From Dicyema japonicum (lineage: Eukaryota; Animalia; Dicyemida): a stretch of DNA of 64,000 nucleotides. Of the stretch, positions 38,627-49,774 are shown in pieces (the first letter of the stretch is position 1; every line of letters starts with the position of its first letter). The notes beneath the pieces are model-generated. The model saw nothing but the letters and a program-made list of their open reading frames with translations, was not told the origin of the DNA and did no database searches. Location of the stretch: the NCBI GenBank assembly GCA_011109175.1, contig RDEW01000019.1, positions 714,145-778,144 of the forward strand, in the 5' to 3' direction. The translations under genes and the position numbers were made by a program.

Positions 38627-39298
38627 ATGAGTAATCAGAATAATTGGCTACAGAACGCTGATATTTTTTCTGTAGATAACGTTCAGAATTCAAGTAATGT
38701 CGACCGAAATTACAACTCTGTGTGCAATCTCAATTCAAGTGAACATAATTCCCATCGAGGAGTCGACTATTTCGCCAGTAATGATTCAGTCTTGAGTTAC
38801 TCCCCTCAACCAGATGGATCACTATTACAGGCTGACAGTCGACGTGAAGTAGAAAATCCACAGTTGGACGTTTATTATTTCGCCAATTTCTTCAAGCAAG
38901 AACGTGTCAAATTTGGTTATTCGCAAGCAGACATCTCCTTGCTAATGAAAAAGAATGGGCACCCCATTAGTCAAACGACGGTTGGTCGCTTTGAGACTGG
39001 TAAACTGTCTTTTATGAGTATGCAGAAATTTAAAAATATTTTTGCTACTATTTTGGGACTAATAATAAGGGACCTTCCCTCTAAATTTGAGATCATGTCG
39101 TCCACGGATCAGACTGTCAAGAAAAAAACGTTTTTTAACAAAGATGCCAAAGAAACGTTCGAATATATGTTTAATAAAAATATTTATCCGACCAAATCAG
39201 AGATTCAAGAAGTTGCAAAAACCTTCGATTTGCCGAAGTCTAGTGTAAGGTGTCGGTTCAATAACAGAAGGCAGAAAATGCCTAAATTTCCTAAATGA
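38627..39298 (+). CDS. Divergent intronless POU-domain homeobox transcription factor
   Basis: POU-specific domain FANFFKQERVKFGYSQADI...ISQTTVGRFETGKLSFMSMQKFK, then homeodomain KKKTFF...FNKNIYPTKSEIQEVAKTFDLPKSSVRCRFNNRRQK. POU class not assignable. Confidence 0.9.
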   Translation: MSNQNNWLQNADIFSVDNVQNSSNVDRNYNSVCNLNSSEHNSHRGVDYFASNDSVLSYSPQPDGSLLQADSRREVENPQLDVYYFANFFKQERVKFGYSQADISLLMKKNGHPISQTTVGRFETGKLSFMSMQKFKNIFATILGLIIRDLPSKFEIMSSTDQTVKKKTFFNKDAKETFEYMFNKNIYPTKSEIQEVAKTFDLPKSSVRCRFNNRRQKMPKFPK

Positions 39299-39399
39299 CT
39301 GTAAATTTAATTTTGTTAAATAATTTTGTTGTTGATTTTTCTGCTTAATCCTGCTCATTGTAAGAATTTCTCCCTATAGTTCACACATGTCGAATTTAT

Positions 39400-40040
39400 A
39401 GAAGTTTGACAACGTGGTCTGTCTTGTCGAATGTTTTTGGAGGGCGCCATGCTGTTATGGATGACTTCATTGGTGGGGAAGATACTCCCTGCAACGTTTG
39501 TTCCAAGCGAAAGCTTGGGATCCGATGTATGAGTATTCTTCGTTCTTCCACAAGGGATGTGTCAGGCTGTCGAGGAAGTTTCTGAAACCTTTGTCTTCTT
39601 GGGTTTCTTCCCCTCGAGAGTCCCTTGTCATGGAAACAATAAAGTTTTCTCTTCAGAATGCGTTTGCCGCCGAGCTAATGGATGGAGACGTCCGGGCAGA
39701 AGTTAGGACATTATTTTCAACCGAGACTGCTCTCTCGGTCACCCCTGAAGTCATTTCAACTTTGGAGAATAAACATCCTCCCTCTCCATTGGATCTGACA
39801 GAATTTTCAATCCCATTGGACTTCCCCTCCCCGTTTTCTTACCAAATCTGATGTAATGGCTGTATCAAATCCTTCACAGCAGGCAGCAGCGGGGGTTTGA
39901 TGGTTTGCGCCTGGAAATATCAAAGACCTTTAGTTATTCTTGACTTTTGAGGCGGGAGCTCACCTTGTAAACAAACTAACGTGTGTGTGAAACTGAGTTC
40001 CAAAGGATTTCTCTGGCAGTTATCAGGGAAACAGCTATTG
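39400..40040 (+). mobile_element. CRE-like retrotransposon fragment (N-terminal to RT)
   Basis: LMDGDVRAEVRTL...LENKHPPSP followed by SFTAGSSGG.DGL. The 39990-40035 segment recurs at 18600-18650. Confidence 0.55.
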
Positions 40041-40080
40041 ATTCTTGAAGCATTTTGAAGAGTTGATACTGGACTATCTC

Positions 40081-40516
40081 TGGCTGAACGTAACGTCTGA
40101 TGACATCGGATCTTAAGGTCGTGGGTTTCGAATCCGAAAGACGGAGTTTTCAGCGAAGATCAATTTTTGTAAAACAGATCTCATCCGTGAGGCGACGAGT
40201 CCTTCTGGCACAACACAGTAGTTGAAAAGGATCTTCCTACCTTCTCCCTGACCAAATTCTCTGGTGAAGATTGCATTATGAAAACTCTTCCGCCAAAGAA
40301 TGAGGTATGTCCGCGACGGTAGGAAGTGTATGAAAATGGAAGAGGGTAGACCTACTTCTCCACATCTCTTCTGAAATGGAAGCCTGTAATATACTATTGG
40401 AAGATGGATTGGTCGGCACAGGCAGATGTTCTCCCTTAGGTTCCTTCCTTGGATTAATTAGTTATGACTGTTTGTGCTAAGCTTACCAAAGGCTGTAAGC
40501 CTGGGTTAATAATAAC
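40081..40516 (+). mobile_element. tRNA-derived SINE with 14-bp TSD
   Basis: TACTGGACTATCTC at 40067-40080 and 40517-40530; A-box-like TGGCTGAACG, B-box-like GGTTTCGAATCC; TAATAATAA tail. Confidence 0.75.
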
Positions 40517-40696
40517 TACTGGACTATCTCGATGTATTCTGTGTCCTAACATTCTGATGCATAAAAATTATCCACTAAAACTGCAAACATCAGGAAGCAC
40601 GTTTTATTAGATTACTGTAAGATAATCAGAAGTTTATCTACAAATATTAGAGAATTAATAACTGTGACGGGGAAGAGAAACTTAGGAGGTGTTAAA

Positions 40697-41496
40697 ATGG
40701 AAACAAATATTGGTAACGGAAACAGCAAAGTTACTATTATTTATAACTTAGATAACACAAAAATGTTCGTTTTCTAAAGATTCCTTAGATTCTGTCCAAT
40801 CATATGAATATTTGAAATGCCCTATTAAAAATGAAAATGGTTTCGAAATTACTATTTCCAACGAAAAAGTACAAGATTTAGATGAAGCTTCAATATGTCC
40901 TTCCTCCGCCGAATATTCAATTCCAGGAGATTCATCAGATTCCGTCCGATCATATGATTTTATGAAATGTTCTAAATCAAGTGGAAATCTACAAACATTA
41001 ATAATCAAAATGGAGAAGAATCAGGAAAAACTAAAAATGGGAGCGCTTTTGAAGCCACTATTTCTTATGAGAAAGTCAAAGATTTGGATAAAAAATCAGT
41101 AATCACTTCAAATTGTGTAGAAAATCCTACAGACGTTGTTAATTCAACAAAAAATAATTCAATCGATGTGTCTCAGAATTCATATTTTTTTAAAAGCTGC
41201 CAAAAATCTGAAACGTCTATCAATGATGAAGGACTTAACATAGAAAATGAACCTTCTTCAACTAACGTGGAAACTCCTGCAAACATTGTTAGTCCTTCAA
41301 TAAAGATTTTAACCAAAAATGATATGTATAGTCAAACCTCGACTAAAATTTCAAAAAAAAGAAAAATAAAATCGAATTACGTGAAAAAAGTTTTCTGGTG
41401 GTGATAAACTTTAATTTTAGGCTACTAGTGATTGGTTTACTTTACTACACCTTTATAAACACTAGTCTATTAGAATATGGAGTAAAACCTGTTTAA
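40697..41496 (+). CDS. KASH-like tail-anchored protein (family member D), frameshifted
   Basis: PGDSSDSVRSYDFMK motif shared with member A. The 20-nt intron 41401-41420 joins KKRKIKSNYVKKVFWW to LLVIGLLYYTFINTSLLEYGVKPV*. 5' end uncertain. Confidence 0.55.
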
Positions 41497-41503
41497 CTAA
41501 CAT

Positions 41504-41745
41504 TTAATTATAAAAAATGTTTTCAACGTAACTAAGTTTAGCTTCGATTTGACAGAGTTTTTCTTTAAGTGCTGATATTTTGTACATTGAGGAAGCCTCT
41601 ATATTTTAAGGGTTTAAATTATACCACATTTATTCATGATGTCAACTAATCTCGATATTGAGCTCACAATGACGCTCAGTTGTTCTCTCCCAACCCAATC
41701 TCTGCGTAAAGCCGCATGGTATTTTTCATCATTCACAGAGCCCAT
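41504..41745 (-). CDS. BRK1: BRICK1/HSPC300, copy 2 (71 aa)
   Basis: Inverted duplicate of 20496-20738 with a 26-nt intron and an intact frame; differences S5N, F40C, C46Y, R47K, I65V. Confidence 0.87.
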
Positions 41746-42138
41746 AAGATCAAATATTTGAATTGTAATCAAATACTAATAATATTTTAATTTTTAAAAT
41801 ATTCGACAAAAATAATTTAAAAATTAAAGTTTATTAAAATAATTCTGTGTCTCTTATGAAATTTTAATTTTGCACGTGTCTTTCGCTTCGTACGATAAAA
41901 TTGAGAGTCATGAGTTGTTTCAGGGGAAAACATTAAATCACCGACGCCCATGGAGAAACTTTTCGAAAAAAACAAAAATGGACACCAATGCCAAATAGAA
42001 AGTGCTCGTCCGCAACGAACTTGTGTAGGGATGACACCGAGAAAAGATGTGAGCCTTGATCCAATTCGTCGGATCACTTAGTTTAGTTTTTTCGGTTTAA
42101 CAGTGGTCTTTGGAATTAATTTAATTTAATTAATGAGT

Positions 42139-42463
42139 GGCATAGTGGTTAGGTGTCGGGCTAAACTGGCTTAGGTCACGGGTTCGATTCTCGCTGCTGT
42201 TCACCTGATGGAAGATTCCACGCATCTACGATGCGGAAAGGGCTTGACGAGTGACGCCGGTCATAAATGGAGATTCACTGCGGAACTCGATAGTCAAAAG
42301 GACATAAAAAACAAAGAAGTGAAGAGCATTTTTTCGTTCTCCCTCTACGATTAGTTATAATAACTGTTCTTTACTTAAATAAAGAGTGTGTTCTGCACGA
42401 GTGAAACCCTAGGCATCTTACGTGCTTATGGCAACGCGGTAGTGCTTAATTATTATTATCATC
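42139..42463 (+). mobile_element. tRNA-derived SINE with RTE-like 3' end
   Basis: A box (T)GGCATAGTGG, B box GGTTCGATTCT; 3' GGCAACGCGGTAGTGC plus (TTA)n; possible TSD AATGAGT. Confidence 0.7.
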
Positions 42464-42789
42464 AATGAGTTGTTCCAGTATACTTTTCCGGAAATGTTTC
42501 AGGAATTTAGTTTTCTGAGGTTGACTGATTTAGCGAGTTATTTCAATAGATTAGTTCATGTTCGATGGACGTAGCATCCTGTACCAATGGCTTCTCCTCC
42601 TCGGTCGGAAAGATTATGATTCTTTCGGCCGTTTTCAATCTCCTTTGTCCAGGCCGAAAAGCAATGGATTTCTGTCATTGGCGTTACATTGACAGTCCTC
42701 GGTTATGATCATTTTTGGCGGAACATTGGGAGCTTACGTCCATACGATGAACTCATCCTACGTTAATAACGTAATACCGAAATTGTTTA

Positions 42790-43900
42790 TTTTATTTTAT
42801 TTATTTAACCCAAGACCACGGTAAAACAAAACTAATTATCACGTGATCCCGATACATTCTATCAGAGACCTCATCTTTGCCCCTTGTTTTTCCTTCGAGC
42901 CCGCGCATGAACGTACAAGACGGCTGCCTGAATTTTCAGGCCCAACTTCCCGTGATCTGAAGTCTAGTCTCATAAGGGCCTCCAGAGGCGTAGGTCCGGG
43001 TCGATGATCTTCACAAATCCAACGCTCCGTTACTCTGTAAGCCCTCTTTGGCATTTCCTCAATTTTCCTCATATTTGTCCAAGATATGGACGGACCCCAC
43101 GAGGCGCATGCATATGAGAAACATGGCTCGATGTATTGTTTGTATACGTTCATCAAGACTGGGTGAGTACCACTCTTCCATATTCCCGATAAACTTTTCA
43201 ATACGTTCAGTTTCTTCTCGCATTTCAATAGAATGTTTTCTACGTGTGGTGTCAAACAGAGATGCATATCAATTGTCACACCCAAGATCCTTTGACATCT
43301 GTTGAAAGGGATGCCGACCTTGTTTAACTTCAAGGTGACTGTCTTCCTTCCCAATCTTTTGTCCGAGGTAAATAGTGACGTAGACGACTTCTCTGCATTC
43401 ACCACGAGCCGGTTTTTCATTATCCAGGCATTAAGCCTGTCCAGGTTAATTTGTATTCTTTCTTGGTCTTCTGGATGGCCTGATCTCGCGAAGCCAACAC
43501 AATATCATCCGCATAAGAAAGTAGAACATCATTATCAGATTCAAGACTCGGGATATCAGCCAGAAAGAGGTTAAACAGAGCAGGGATAAAGGCGATCCTT
43601 GAGGGACTCCGTTTGGGAAAAGCCGTGAGATTGATTTCAGATTTCCGAGGCAAACACGTCCCCTTCGTCCACTTAGGAAGTTAATAATCCAAAGCTTTAG
43701 CTTCCCTGGGATCTCCGATTGAAATATTTTTCTCGATAGAATCTTCCTCGAGACTGAGTCAAAAGCCTTATTTATGTTGATCGAGCAGAGCACTGTTTTA
43801 AAGTGTCTCGGCTTGGTTGTGAATCCGACTCGAATGAATTTGGTCAATGTTTGCAAGTATGTAGACGTGGATCTCTCATTTTTGAATCCAAGTCTTTTCT
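42790..43900 (-). mobile_element. Jockey/I-like LINE reverse transcriptase, degenerate
   Basis: ININKAFDSVS, NGVPQGS, LFNLFLAD, SYADDIVL and ILGVTID motifs across shifted ORFs; (TAAA)n tail. Confidence 0.88.
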
Positions 43901-44159
43901 GGTAAAAATTCTTTTATTCTCCCGAGCACAAGCCTCTCCAGAATTTTTGACATATGGCGATACTTGCAATTTTAGCAAATTTTAAACAATAATAAATTGT
44001 ATCTTGTGGTATCGTGCTGGTTATTATATTAATTTTTTATTAAAATAATTTATTAACATAAAATAAAGTTGTTAAGACAGGTATCCATCATGGTTTCCAG
44101 TCATTGAGCACGCAATGGGAGTTACCTCTCATAATCGCGAGTCCAATGTTCTGAGGAAC

Positions 44160-44505
44160 TACTAGAAATGCAGTCTGATTCTACACTTAGAGCAAAATAC
44201 CTCGAAGTGGGGATACCTGACTTATTGGATACCTTCCTGAAAAGTTTATAAATTTCAGCAAGTTTTCAACGAGGATTATGCCAATGTTTGCTTCCACCTA
44301 TGTGTGTAACATTTATTTTCCTTAATAAAATCAACAAAATCTCAGAGAACAAGGCTGACTGATGAACACTTGTCATCCTTAGACTTTCAAATTATTAAAA
44401 AAACTTTAATAAAATTACGATTTTTTCAGACTTGTTAATGTGGCCCGCTTGTATACTCAAATTATATTATGCGGCCCCTCGACCTTTTTGAGTTTGACAT
44501 GCCTG
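44160..44505 (+). mobile_element. hAT (Buster-like) right-end remnant
   Basis: MFASTYVC..LFS..RLTDEHL dimerisation-domain remnant; GCGGCCC subterminal motifs; terminus GTTTGACATGCCTG. Confidence 0.7.
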
Positions 44506-46499
44506 CTCTACTTGACACTATGCATCGAAACTCTATGCTCTTGATTTTTTTAAATAACCTCGGTTTTATCCAGTTCCTATATGGGAAGCCCTCACAGGTG
44601 TAGGGAAGAGACTGATCCTTTTTTATGTCGACCAGGAACTGTAGGTTTCCTTAGTTAGGTAGATCCGATGACGCCTCTCAGGAATTAAAAAAGGCAAAGA
44701 ACCAAAAGTAAACCTTCGACGTAGCGATAACCCAAAGCTAATCGCGATGCGAGCGACAGGACCAACTACTATGCTATCTGGTCATATTCTTATAAACCGT
44801 CATTTAATGTCACATTACTGTTACACTAAAATAAACGTTACAGTACTTGATCTTTTTTTTCTTTTTTTTAAATTTATTAAGCCAATTAAAGGCAAAAATT
44901 AACAGTTAGCAATTACTGGCTGTTCGCATAATCGAGAACGTATTTCCCCTGACGATTTGCAAGGAAATACGCTCAATTGCCAACTACTCTCTTTTCTATC
45001 ATTTTTCCTCTTCGCGGTGAGCGATTCGATTCTGTTTAACTGGGTTAGTGATCTTTATTATTAATACAAAATAAAATAAATAGTCGATAAATTGGCCCTG
45101 ACTGACCTTATTTACCACTGTACCCGTTATGCCATGCGCAAACGTAATAGCATGCGACATTTAATTTATTGTAAGAGAAACACACAGCACTTTTCCCGGG
45201 GGCCATGCGTATAGCTTTATAGAGGCAAAAAACACTTTATCAGAGTAAAAAATGGTTATAATAACTGATCGTAGAAAGGGAGCCAACGATTGTTCTAGTA
45301 GTTTTAACTAGTCCTTTGGGAGGACAGAAGTTATCGCTTTGTGAATCTGGTGAGTCAAAGTATTCTAGCATATATCGGAATACGAATTAGGAATCTGAAG
45401 GATAGTGTGATATCAAATTAAAATTCGATATACGAAACCAGAAAGTCGAGATGTGAGGAGTACCTCCTCGATGCTGTTTATGTTAAAGGTTCATTTCTTT
45501 TCTTATTTTTCACTTAAAGTTCTGTGGCGGGTTAAGCAGTAAAAGGATTTCAACCAATCATAGGACAGCATCTACATGAGAACAACCAGAGAGCAGTAAG
45601 CAATCGATAATACATAGTTTGATTCATTGCGACATCGACACTGATTGAATTTTACAGTGAGATTCATTTTAGATGAATATCTAGACAGCAAGAGTAGAAA
45701 GTAATTGTAGATATATTTTTGATAGAAAAGTAGAAAATGTGCAGATAGAAAAAGTGGTACAAGAAGATAGAGATCCGGTACTATAAATGTCAGGAGATTC
45801 GACTTAGCTCAACTTTATAAGAAAGCGACATATTTAATATACCCATATCCTCATACTAAGACCAAAGTCCGTGGGGCTAACCTGTAAAAGTGTCTGAAAA
45901 GTGGTTCAGAAGATCAATGAACAAATAATCTGGATTGTCAAAATGCAATCGAAACAAGAAAGTGAAGAGAGAACAAAATGAACATGAAGAATTTTTTAAA
46001 AGGTGTCACCAGAAATAAAATAGCTAAAAGACCAGAATAAATAAGTCTTTGGCTGTCGGCACGGACTAGACGGTGTACGCAGCCGAATGAAAAGAAGACA
46101 GCCAAAGTTGGAGTGCAGACCTCAAACGAGTCGGCGAAAGATAAGTAAGAATCTCTTATCCAAATCCTTGATATACTAGAGTTGATTATTAAGACGTTAT
46201 GAAGACGAAAAAGAATGCTAAATTTTTACCCGGATTGACGGGGCTCTTTAAAGAAGTGGTCAGACGCCAAATAACCCAGAAGTAACTATGATTAAACTGG
46301 TAAATCCTCGTTCTTATAGGAATCGGGTCGCAGAGTTGGTAGCTCTTACTAGGGCTGTGCAAAAAAGATTTTTTAATAATTAATGAAAATAAGTCTACAA
46401 AACTTAGAGCTATCATAATTCCTGAATATTACTAAATTGACAATCCCATGGGACAATTGTCACTGTTGGAACATGCACCTGCCTTTATTATAAAAAAAT

Positions 46500-46930
46500 T
46501 TTTTATGTAAAGGCCAATGATTATTGAGGAAAATATTTGAATCAGGACTGAAATTGCCAACAAGAATAAACAAGGAATCACTATATAAGAGATGTTGTAC
46601 GGGTCCACTGAGTCTCGAAATTGTCGATATGTGTTGTAGTCTATGATATGTGTTGTAGTCTATTTAGATATATCTTACGAATGGACTTTGGTGCTCTAGC
46701 TAACATAGCAATCGAGGATTACTTCATGAAACAGGGACCGTGTTTCCATGGACGTCGTCGTGTTACACTTCCAGAAACACTTGGAGATCTAAAGCTCGTG
46801 AACAAAAGCCTAAAAGTGGTGACGATATAGAAAAGTTGAGGAAACTCTCTTACAATCGAGGAGGTTGGAAGAGGTTGGTTCGAAGGATTGTTTCGAATGC
46901 TGTACGAGTGAAATCATAACTATTATGGTT
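46500..46930 (+). mobile_element. RTE-like LINE 3' remnant
   Basis: LFRYILRMD...EDYF...GRRRVTLPETLGDL, then NRGGWKRLV in another frame. Confidence 0.6.
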
Positions 46931-47628
46931 TTATGTATGTTGACTATAATAATAATCCATAGAGCTCAAAACAACAGCTGGATGAAAATTAGTGTAGGAA
47001 TTTACTGGAAAATTATTAGAATTTCATTAAGAATAATATGAATCTAATTCTCGCCGAGATTGTAGCAAAATACATATAAAAAATTGCTGTGTTGAATAAA
47101 ATCAAGATAAAAGCTATTAAATATTCAAGGGTGAAAAATAAGTTTTAAATTTAAAAAACTTAATCACTTTTAGCAAAACAGTGCGATAAACTTTAAGAAA
47201 TTTATTACGCATGATTTATTGTAAAGTTGTGATAGGCCCCACTTTGGCCTGCAGGAATTGAGCACGCAATGAGAGTTGTCTCTCATAATCGCGAGCCCAA
47301 TGTTCTGGAAAAGCCATCGCGTTTTTCTAGGTTCACCATTCCGCTTCCAACATGTCGTCAGATTAACGTGATAAACTATAAGTCTCAACAGAAATCAGCT
47401 AGAAAACAAACCTCTAGAAGAATAATCATTACTGTCTAAATTTTCTTAATTTCCGTTAATACAACACTTCCTTTGAATTGCCTGCATGTTACAAAAGGCA
47501 GGACAATTAGTAATAACGCATCAGAACCTTTGAAAGGAAACTGGCAATCAGCTTAAACATTACAGACAAGAGACTACGAAAAATTTAAAAAGAAATCACT
47601 AAAACAACGAAATTGAGTAAATCAAAAA

Positions 47629-48359
47629 TTATCTATTGGCCTTTCCAGCTCGCTCAATCTCATCCCTGCGCTTCACAGCGTAAGAGTTGGTGGTATTCTA
47701 AAATCAATCATCCACAAACCTTAGAAGCATTAATAACCTCATCAGCATAACACTCAGAAATCGTCTTCTGACTTCTAAAGGCAGCCTTTCTCGATCCGAC
47801 AGCCATGTTGTAAATCGCCTGGTTGACTCTCCTTAATGGGGACACATCGACAGACTGTCTCCTTACGCTTCCCTTTCGTCCTATTCTAGTGGAATCCTCA
47901 CGTGGTCCGCAGTTAACGATTGCCTGGACAAGAATTTTGACGGGGTTCTGAAATTATCAAGAAAGGGGTAAAACCTCATTTGTGAGTAGATTTATGATTT
48001 CCATAGCGTGTTCAATTGTTTTGATGGCCTTCAGCTTCTTTCCGTTATTTCTCCCTTTGTGCATGAGCGAACAAACACAGCGCTCAACAATGAAGCATTG
48101 TGCCTTGCGGAACTTCTTTACTTGATATCTCCCAGCGCTGTGGGGGACACAAGTTCCCAAAAGTTTTATATATGGCTAAGATGCTATATATGATTAGTAC
48201 CATGAGGTTGATATCGACCTTAACGTCATCGACGTCCCATTTTCCAAAAAGCAGAACTTTAGGTCCTTGTGGGAGTGTATCCTCCACAACCATTTGGGTC
48301 TCAGTCACCATAGTATCAGTTTCCGCCTAAAAATTAAGTTAATGTCAGCAACACACCAT
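47629..48359 (-). CDS. RPS5: 40S ribosomal protein S5 (uS7)
   Basis: Exons 48359-48357, 48326-48201, 48175-47975, 47947-47720 and 47697-47629 (introns 30, 25, 27, 22 nt). Motifs [49 protein letters not shown] and [17 protein letters not shown]. Confidence 0.97.
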
Positions 48360-48499
48360 ATCACTAAAACACGTTTATTTTTAAAATTTAATTTATTAAT
48401 ATTTAGATATATTTGATATAATTAATTAATTAGTCATTTTAAATAATCAATTTATTTCTTAAACTAAAAAAAAACTTTCAGAATAGAGAAAATGCTAAA

Positions 48500-49050
48500 C
48501 CATTCAAAACGATAGATGGAGCCACACAAGGACATCCCCTATTTTCTATATTTTTTGTTAGATATTTAAAATTTGCACTTAGAAAGCTGTAATCGGTTTG
48601 CAGAGAAAATATTTCATTGTAATTCATGTTGATGATGTGATTTTGTCTCAGATGTGGAATCCCTTCTCAATTATTGAAAATGATACCAGAAAATTATTTG
48701 AATGGTTTTTTTGTTAGTGTAAACAAAACGGAGATAACGGAACTATTACTGGAATCAAAGAATGACGAGTTCTGGTACAATATTAAAATATTAGAACCCT
48801 TTGAGGGGATTACAAAAAATTGCGAGGAGAACGAGATTCGGAAATGTAGCATTGCCATAACATAAATATACTTGACGCAACAGAACTAGGCCTATACAGT
48901 ACGTTGATTAAACTTGTGCCTTTATACAGACTAAGAACGTGGTTCTGTCTATAGACAAAATCATAAAAAAAGAATTTTTTATCACGCAACTGAGACAACG
49001 TTCTCCTGCCGAGGGAGGTGTTCTCCTGAATCGCGAAAGCTAAAATATAT
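48500..49050 (+). mobile_element. Highly degenerate RTE-like RT fragment
   Basis: GATQGHPLFSIFF, HVDDV and SVNKTEI remnants; LGLYSTLIKLVPLY. Confidence 0.5.
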
Positions 49051-49456
49051 AAACTGAACCGTCTACGAGAAAATTAAGTGCTCACCAATTTATATTAAAA
49101 TCATTTTTAACACATTAAACATCTACATGGTGGCCTAGTAAACTCTTCCGACACTCACTGATTCTGTGGACAACCAAGGACTACTCTTAGATGGTCTGAA
49201 CGGAGAATTCTAACAGATTGAATAATGTACTCGTCACGGCCAAGAGAAAGTTAAGCTTCTGCAATTTTTTTGCAAAAACATAAGCCATTTTTTAAAAATA
49301 AGAAAGTATCGAAAATCACGTTAAAAATTTTTGGATTTTTGACAACTGAAGGGAATGTTATTAAGGAACTAAAATGGCTTTAGGTTGAAATGTCGTCGCG
49401 AAGAGAGTTAAAGACAATTTAGCTCAATAAAAGTAAATAGTTAGAATTGTATTAAA

Positions 49457-49774
49457 ATGGGATCTCCGGTCCAAGATTTAAACGTAACTCGAAGTTCTGT
49501 TGAACGCTTTGTTGATATCAATCGAGGAAATGAGTGTTCGCTCTCAAGGTTTGTGATTATCATTATTTATTCCCTAAGAATGGATGAGAAAAGAAAAATT
49601 ATAACAAATGAGGCAGACAAGGGGGAAGTCTACTTACACGGGTGGTTTGTAAATGTTAAAACCATCAGCAATAAATTGCGTAAGTTTTTAAAGGCTAGTA
49701 ATAATAAAGTAGGAAAATTAAGACAGACAGAAGTGGGAGAAGGAGCGTCGCAGTTTGGCTTCAAAATAGAGTAG
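49457..49774 (+). pseudogene. Short spliced fragment resembling the OB-fold N-terminus of a class IIb (Asp/Asn) tRNA synthetase
   Basis: Mini-intron-like segments near 49549 and 49680; EVYLHGWFVNVKTISNKL..KLRQ resembles V.V.GWVH..R..GK.L.F..LR. No catalytic domain follows. Confidence 0.3.

Noticed and set aside
40095-40145. Hammerhead ribozyme (CTGATGA...GAAA)
   Set aside because: I could not close stems I and III or place a cleavage triplet; the segment is better explained as the SINE tRNA-like head.
42135-42200. Functional tRNA gene
   Set aside because: A and B boxes are present but there is no acceptor stem or clean cloverleaf, and a SINE body and tail follow.
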